Source: Candidatus Latescibacterota bacterium (lineage in GTDB: Bacteria; Latescibacterota; UBA2968; GCA-2709665). Taken from it: DNA of 64,000 nt. This document shows positions 60,535 to 64,000 of the stretch, one piece after another. The position numbers were made by a program, and so were the translations under genes. Position 1 is the stretch's first letter, and each line of letters opens with the position of its first letter. The notes beneath the pieces were generated by a model. The model was not told the DNA's origin. It did no database searches and worked only from the letters and a program-made list of their open reading frames with translations. The stretch spans positions 3,776,001-3,840,000 of the forward strand of contig OZ242358.1 in NCBI GenBank assembly GCA_965208835.1, read 5' to 3'.

Positions 60535-60912
60535 CTATTCCGCAATCCGGCGCTCCTCTCCGGAATCGGCTGCACCGTCGGTTGCCGTATCAACGGTCAC
60601 CGTCGCCGCAATTCCGCCCCTTACCGTGAACTCGCCGATCACCGTCATTTTCTCCGGGTTACAGGCAGCGACAAGATCGTCCAGAATCCGGTTGACGGCC
60701 GCCTCGTACGACATCGCCTGATTTCGGAACGACCCCAGATACCGCTTGAGCGACACGGTCTCGATACACGCGCCGCCCGGCACATAGCGAATGGTGACCG
60801 TGGCGAAAACCGGTTCACTCGTGACCGGTAGAACGGCCGTGAACTCGGGAAAGACAAACTCGATCGTATACGGCCTGTCCGGCTGAGGGTTTTGTGTCGT
60901 CACCAGACCCAA
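60535..60912 (-). CDS. QueF-like T-fold paralog lacking the catalytic Cys and Asp
   Basis: [15 protein letters not shown] (C->L, D->V), [11 protein letters not shown] and RGGI; GGAG RBS before the TTG start. Confidence 0.8.
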   Translation of the reverse strand: MGLVTTQNPQPDRPYTIEFVFPEFTAVLPVTSEPVFATVTIRYVPGGACIETVSLKRYLGSFRNQAMSYEAAVNRILDDLVAACNPEKMTVIGEFTVRGGIAATVTVDTATDGAADSGEERRIAE

Positions 60913-60980
60913 TTCAACACTCCATGGCAGCGTTCCGACCCGGCTCGCGTCCGGACATGCGGAGCCGCGCCGGCGCGAAC

Positions 60981-61982
60981 TCAGAACCTGGGTACAGCCA
61001 CCGGCTTACCCGAGCGTACCGATTCGAACAGCGCCACGCAGATTGCCGCCGTGCGGACGGATTGCTCCAGGTTCACCTGCGGCTCAGTGTCGTTTTCTAT
61101 CGCCTTTAACAGGTCTTCTATCAGCTTTCGCCGGCTGTCCCCGCCGTCGTCCGCGACCTCAAGCGGCGTCCACTTTCGGTTCTGCAGATCCGAAACCAGG
61201 CGGGCGGGCGGCGCCTGGGAGGTCAGGAACGTCTTGCGCGTGCCGTATAACTGCACATTGCGAAAGCCGGGCCGGGCCGAACCCATTGTGGTAAGCGTCT
61301 TGGCGATGCATCCGTTTTCAAAGCGGATGATACCCACCACGCAGTCGGTCACCTCCAGACCGTGCATTCCCGCGGATATGCCGTTTCCGTACGCCGCCAC
61401 CTCCGCCGCCGGCGAGTCCACAATCCACTGGATCACATCCACGGGGTGGATGCTGCCGCCGGCCGCCGCATTATAGCGCGAGCCCAGTCCGCCGCGCCAT
61501 CCCTCGCGGAACAGATCCAGGTGGTTTGATATATAGTCCGCTTCGGCGTAGAACAACTGGCCGAACGCCCGCGCCTCAACCTGGCGCTTCAACTCCTGAA
61601 ACGTCTCATCGAACCGGATCTGGCAACCATGCGACACCTTCCGTCCCGTCCGGCGCGACGTCTGCACGATTCTTTCGATATCCTCAAACGTGGTGGACAG
61701 CGGCTTCTCGACAAGCACGTGCTTCCCGGATGACAACATCGCAACGGCCGGGTCGGCGTGCAGATGGTCGGGCGTGCAGATCGAGACAACGTCGATGCCG
61801 TCCAGATCGGCCAGGGCGCGGTAATCCGTATACCGCCGCCGCACGCCCTCCTCCTCCCCGACCTGTTCCAGCAACTCCGCGTTTACGTCGCAGATCGCCG
61901 CTACCGGCGCGCCCGCTTCCCGGTAGGCGGCGATGTGCCCCCTGCCCACGCCCAATCCAATTATGGCCGCATTCAATGCCAC
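60981..61982 (-). CDS. Gfo/Idh/MocA family oxidoreductase
   Basis: IGLGVG, TPDHLH and KHVLVEKP. Confidence 0.9.
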   Translation of the reverse strand: MALNAAIIGLGVGRGHIAAYREAGAPVAAICDVNAELLEQVGEEEGVRRRYTDYRALADLDGIDVVSICTPDHLHADPAVAMLSSGKHVLVEKPLSTTFEDIERIVQTSRRTGRKVSHGCQIRFDETFQELKRQVEARAFGQLFYAEADYISNHLDLFREGWRGGLGSRYNAAAGGSIHPVDVIQWIVDSPAAEVAAYGNGISAGMHGLEVTDCVVGIIRFENGCIAKTLTTMGSARPGFRNVQLYGTRKTFLTSQAPPARLVSDLQNRKWTPLEVADDGGDSRRKLIEDLLKAIENDTEPQVNLEQSVRTAAICVALFESVRSGKPVAVPRF

Positions 61983-62020
61983 CTGTCAGACCTCCACTGA
62001 GACGATGCTCGAGCAGATTT

Positions 62021-62056
62021 AACCAAGAAGCGTACTGCGTACCGATACGCAGTACG
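62021..62056 (-). terminator. Candidate intrinsic terminator
   Basis: 11-bp perfect stem CGTACTGCGTA/TACGCAGTACG with a 4-nt loop, then CTTCTTGGTT on the minus strand. Confidence 0.5.
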
Positions 62057-62079
62057 AAGAGCAGCGGGCCGAGTCGAAA

Positions 62080-63264
62080 TCAGCTTCGTCCCGGCGCAAT
62101 CGGCACCAGGCTCGCACCCGATGGCCTTGGCCCGGAGGGCCTGATCGGCAGACGATCGTACGATCGGTACCGGACATCGAGATGCGGTGTCTCGACCCTC
62201 TGGTGGCCCCTGTGACGGGAATCCATCAGCGCATCCAGCGCTCCGCTCACCAGGAGCGTGCGCTCTACCGGATACGGCGGTATGCCGGTGAGGAAGAGTT
62301 CGTGTATGTTCCGGCCGAGGTAGCTGAAATGGGCGTGGGGATCATCCGGCAGGAACACCTCCATCCCCCGTACGCCGCCCTGCTCGCGACCTGCGTATCC
62401 GAACCCCTGCGTGTAGCCGTTCAACATAAGCGTGGCAGCCTTCAACCCGTCGGCGTATTCCAGCAGAAAGACAGCCGGGTCGGGGCAGTGGTCTTCCATT
62501 GCACCCGCGGCTTTCGCCTCAATGGGTTCGCGCGCGGCATCGGCCAGCTCGCGGGACCAACGCCCCTCGTCACCCGCACGCCACACGGCATCTCCCTCCA
62601 GGCACTGGACAGCGACGATGCCGGTCTCGCCGCCCCGCCTGCGTTCGGTCATACACTGCAACAGCTCGAGCGCGTGGAACCCGTAGATGTCGAGGCCCGA
62701 ATACCCGATTGACAACGCTTCCGCAAGCGGCGTATCCAGGTCGTATTCGAGATACGGACGCCTCCACCCCAGCGGCACCGAGGACCCGGCCAGAAAAGGC
62801 ACATTCAGCATTCCGGCCCGTTCGTACATCCACTTTGAATTCACCCAGTCGTACGCCAGGTGTTTGTCGTTGAACACGGGCACGGACCGGCCGGAAGTCG
62901 CAAGAACCCCGCATACCTGCTCGAAGAAGTACCGGCGCGGATACATATGCTGCTGCTTTTCGTTCCACGCGTAGTCGCCGTGCTCGCCGATGATCAGCAC
63001 GCCGTCGACCGCCAGTTTCTCTCCGCCCAGCGTCAATGCCTTCGGAATGCTGTTGTAGACCGGCACCCCGTGTTCATTCGCGAGTTCGAGGCCGACGTCT
63101 TTCTCATGAACCTGGTCCATGTACATCGACGCGACCTCGACCTGCGGCGGAATCAACCCGTCGTCCGACGGGAACCCCTTTAGAAACTTCGTAATGATGA
63201 CGTCGGCGTGGGAACGCGCATAGTACGTCGTCACAATGGCCGCGATCTTTTTCAATTCAGACAT
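62080..63264 (-). CDS. Conserved hypothetical protein (divergent Rossmann-like oxidoreductase)
   Basis: SHADVI, VDGVLIIGEHGDY, PVFNDKHL, AGSSVP and YGFHALE. Confidence 0.7.
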   Translation of the reverse strand: MSELKKIAAIVTTYYARSHADVIITKFLKGFPSDDGLIPPQVEVASMYMDQVHEKDVGLELANEHGVPVYNSIPKALTLGGEKLAVDGVLIIGEHGDYAWNEKQQHMYPRRYFFEQVCGVLATSGRSVPVFNDKHLAYDWVNSKWMYERAGMLNVPFLAGSSVPLGWRRPYLEYDLDTPLAEALSIGYSGLDIYGFHALELLQCMTERRRGGETGIVAVQCLEGDAVWRAGDEGRWSRELADAAREPIEAKAAGAMEDHCPDPAVFLLEYADGLKAATLMLNGYTQGFGYAGREQGGVRGMEVFLPDDPHAHFSYLGRNIHELFLTGIPPYPVERTLLVSGALDALMDSRHRGHQRVETPHLDVRYRSYDRLPIRPSGPRPSGASLVPIAPGRS

Positions 63265-63402
63265 TTGCCAAAAGCCTTTCGAAACAACGGGTGAACACGG
63301 AGTTTGCCATTGCCCTGACATAGCGGGAAAGGGCAGATCGCCCTGCCGATGGTACGCCGTCCGGGCGAGAAAACACGGGCACGGCGCCCGATCCGCCGGG
63401 AA

Positions 63403-63431
63403 AATATGAAGCCCGCGGGAATCGATGTCAA
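63403..63431 (-). promoter_or_regulatory. Sigma70-type promoter for the leftward operon
   Basis: Minus strand TTGACA-17bp-CATATT. Confidence 0.5.
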
Positions 63432-63478
63432 GGTGAAATGAACTTCCCGGATTCGGGACAATGCCCGGTTTATCCGCC

Positions 63479-63507
63479 TTGATTTTGAAGGATGGATCTT
63501 CTATTTT
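63479..63507 (+). promoter_or_regulatory. Candidate promoter for kbl
   Basis: TTGATT-17bp-TATTTT immediately before the family B element. Confidence 0.35.
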
Positions 63508-63516
63508 GGTGTCTCA

Positions 63517-63726
63517 GAAGTTGTTTTAAAATTACCGGTGAGTTCCCGAGCACAAGCGAAAAAGCGGCGGTTATGAGGCGCGAGGGGCGCGCAGCGCCGA
63601 CGGGAGAATCCGCCTATGAGAGGCGAGCAAGCGCAGCCTCGATCTCGTAGGACGGGTGGATTTGACCAACGCCGACCGGCACTTTTGCAGCCGTGCGAAG
63701 ACCGCTGGGAATTTTAAGACAGCTTC
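63517..63726 (+). mobile_element. MITE-like element, family B
   Basis: GAAGTTGTTTTAAAATT...AATTTTAAGACAGCTTC; exact TCA duplication (63514-16 and 63727-29). Confidence 0.88.
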
Positions 63727-63768
63727 TCAGGTCAGGATGCCGATTTCCGACTCCACGAGACAACCGAT

Positions 63769-64000
63769 ATGGCCTATACCGGTATGAAATCATGGTTGCA
63801 GGACGAACTGAAATCCATCCGGAAAAACGGACTCTACAAGACGGAAACACAAATCGTTACGCCACAGAATACACTGATCCGTACCCCGGATGGTGAAACG
63901 ATCAATTTCTGCGCCAACAACTACCTTGGGCTGGCCAATCATCCTGAAATCGTGGAAGCTGCGGCGGAAGGATTGGGCGCATACGGATACGGCATGGCAT
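63769..64000 (+). CDS. kbl: Glycine C-acetyltransferase, 3'-truncated by the window edge (not in the ORF track)
   Basis: Hand translation: MAYTGMKSWLQDELKSIRKNGLYK.E...INFCANNYLGLANHP...YGYGMA. Confidence 0.88.
   Translation, partial: MAYTGMKSWLQDELKSIRKNGLYKTETQIVTPQNTLIRTPDGETINFCANNYLGLANHPEIVEAAAEGLGAYGYGMA

Noticed and set aside
60913-60980. Possible preQ1 riboswitch before the queF pair
   Set aside because: The spacer is short and GC-rich, without the hairpin plus A-rich tail.
1-64000. tRNA, rRNA, prophage, integrase, transposase or recognisable defence genes
   Set aside because: No supporting sequence was seen; small RNAs could be missed without covariance-model searches.

Overview
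GC-rich bacterial chromosomal window with about 55 protein-coding genes. No rRNA, tRNA, CRISPR array, prophage or transposase gene was seen. The yicC-gmk-rpoZ-coaBC-udg-dnaB gene order, the dockerin-like C-terminus on a large S8 protease and the many Gfo/Idh/MocA, PhyH and heparinase-like genes suggest an FCB-group organism such as Latescibacterota; this is inference only. Content is mostly housekeeping (gmk, rpoZ, coaBC, dnaB, prs, truC, nagB, mqnB/mqnD, queF, kbl) and catabolic enzymes. The intergenic DNA is the most unusual part. It holds at least 13 copies of three MITE-like families with different terminal repeats and target sites, often inserted at stop codons and sometimes nested. All three families share one internal hairpin motif (AAGGC...AACGC[A/C/T]G) on the strand where stem mismatches are G-U wobbles. 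Other points of interest are a kptA (Tpt1) plus diadenylate cyclase operon, a tandem pair of inactive and active QueF genes, a DUF151 nuclease with a signal peptide, a duplicated 96-bp leader element, and an ACP next to a Re-citrate-synthase-like gene. Annotations come from motif recognition by eye; no database searches were run.
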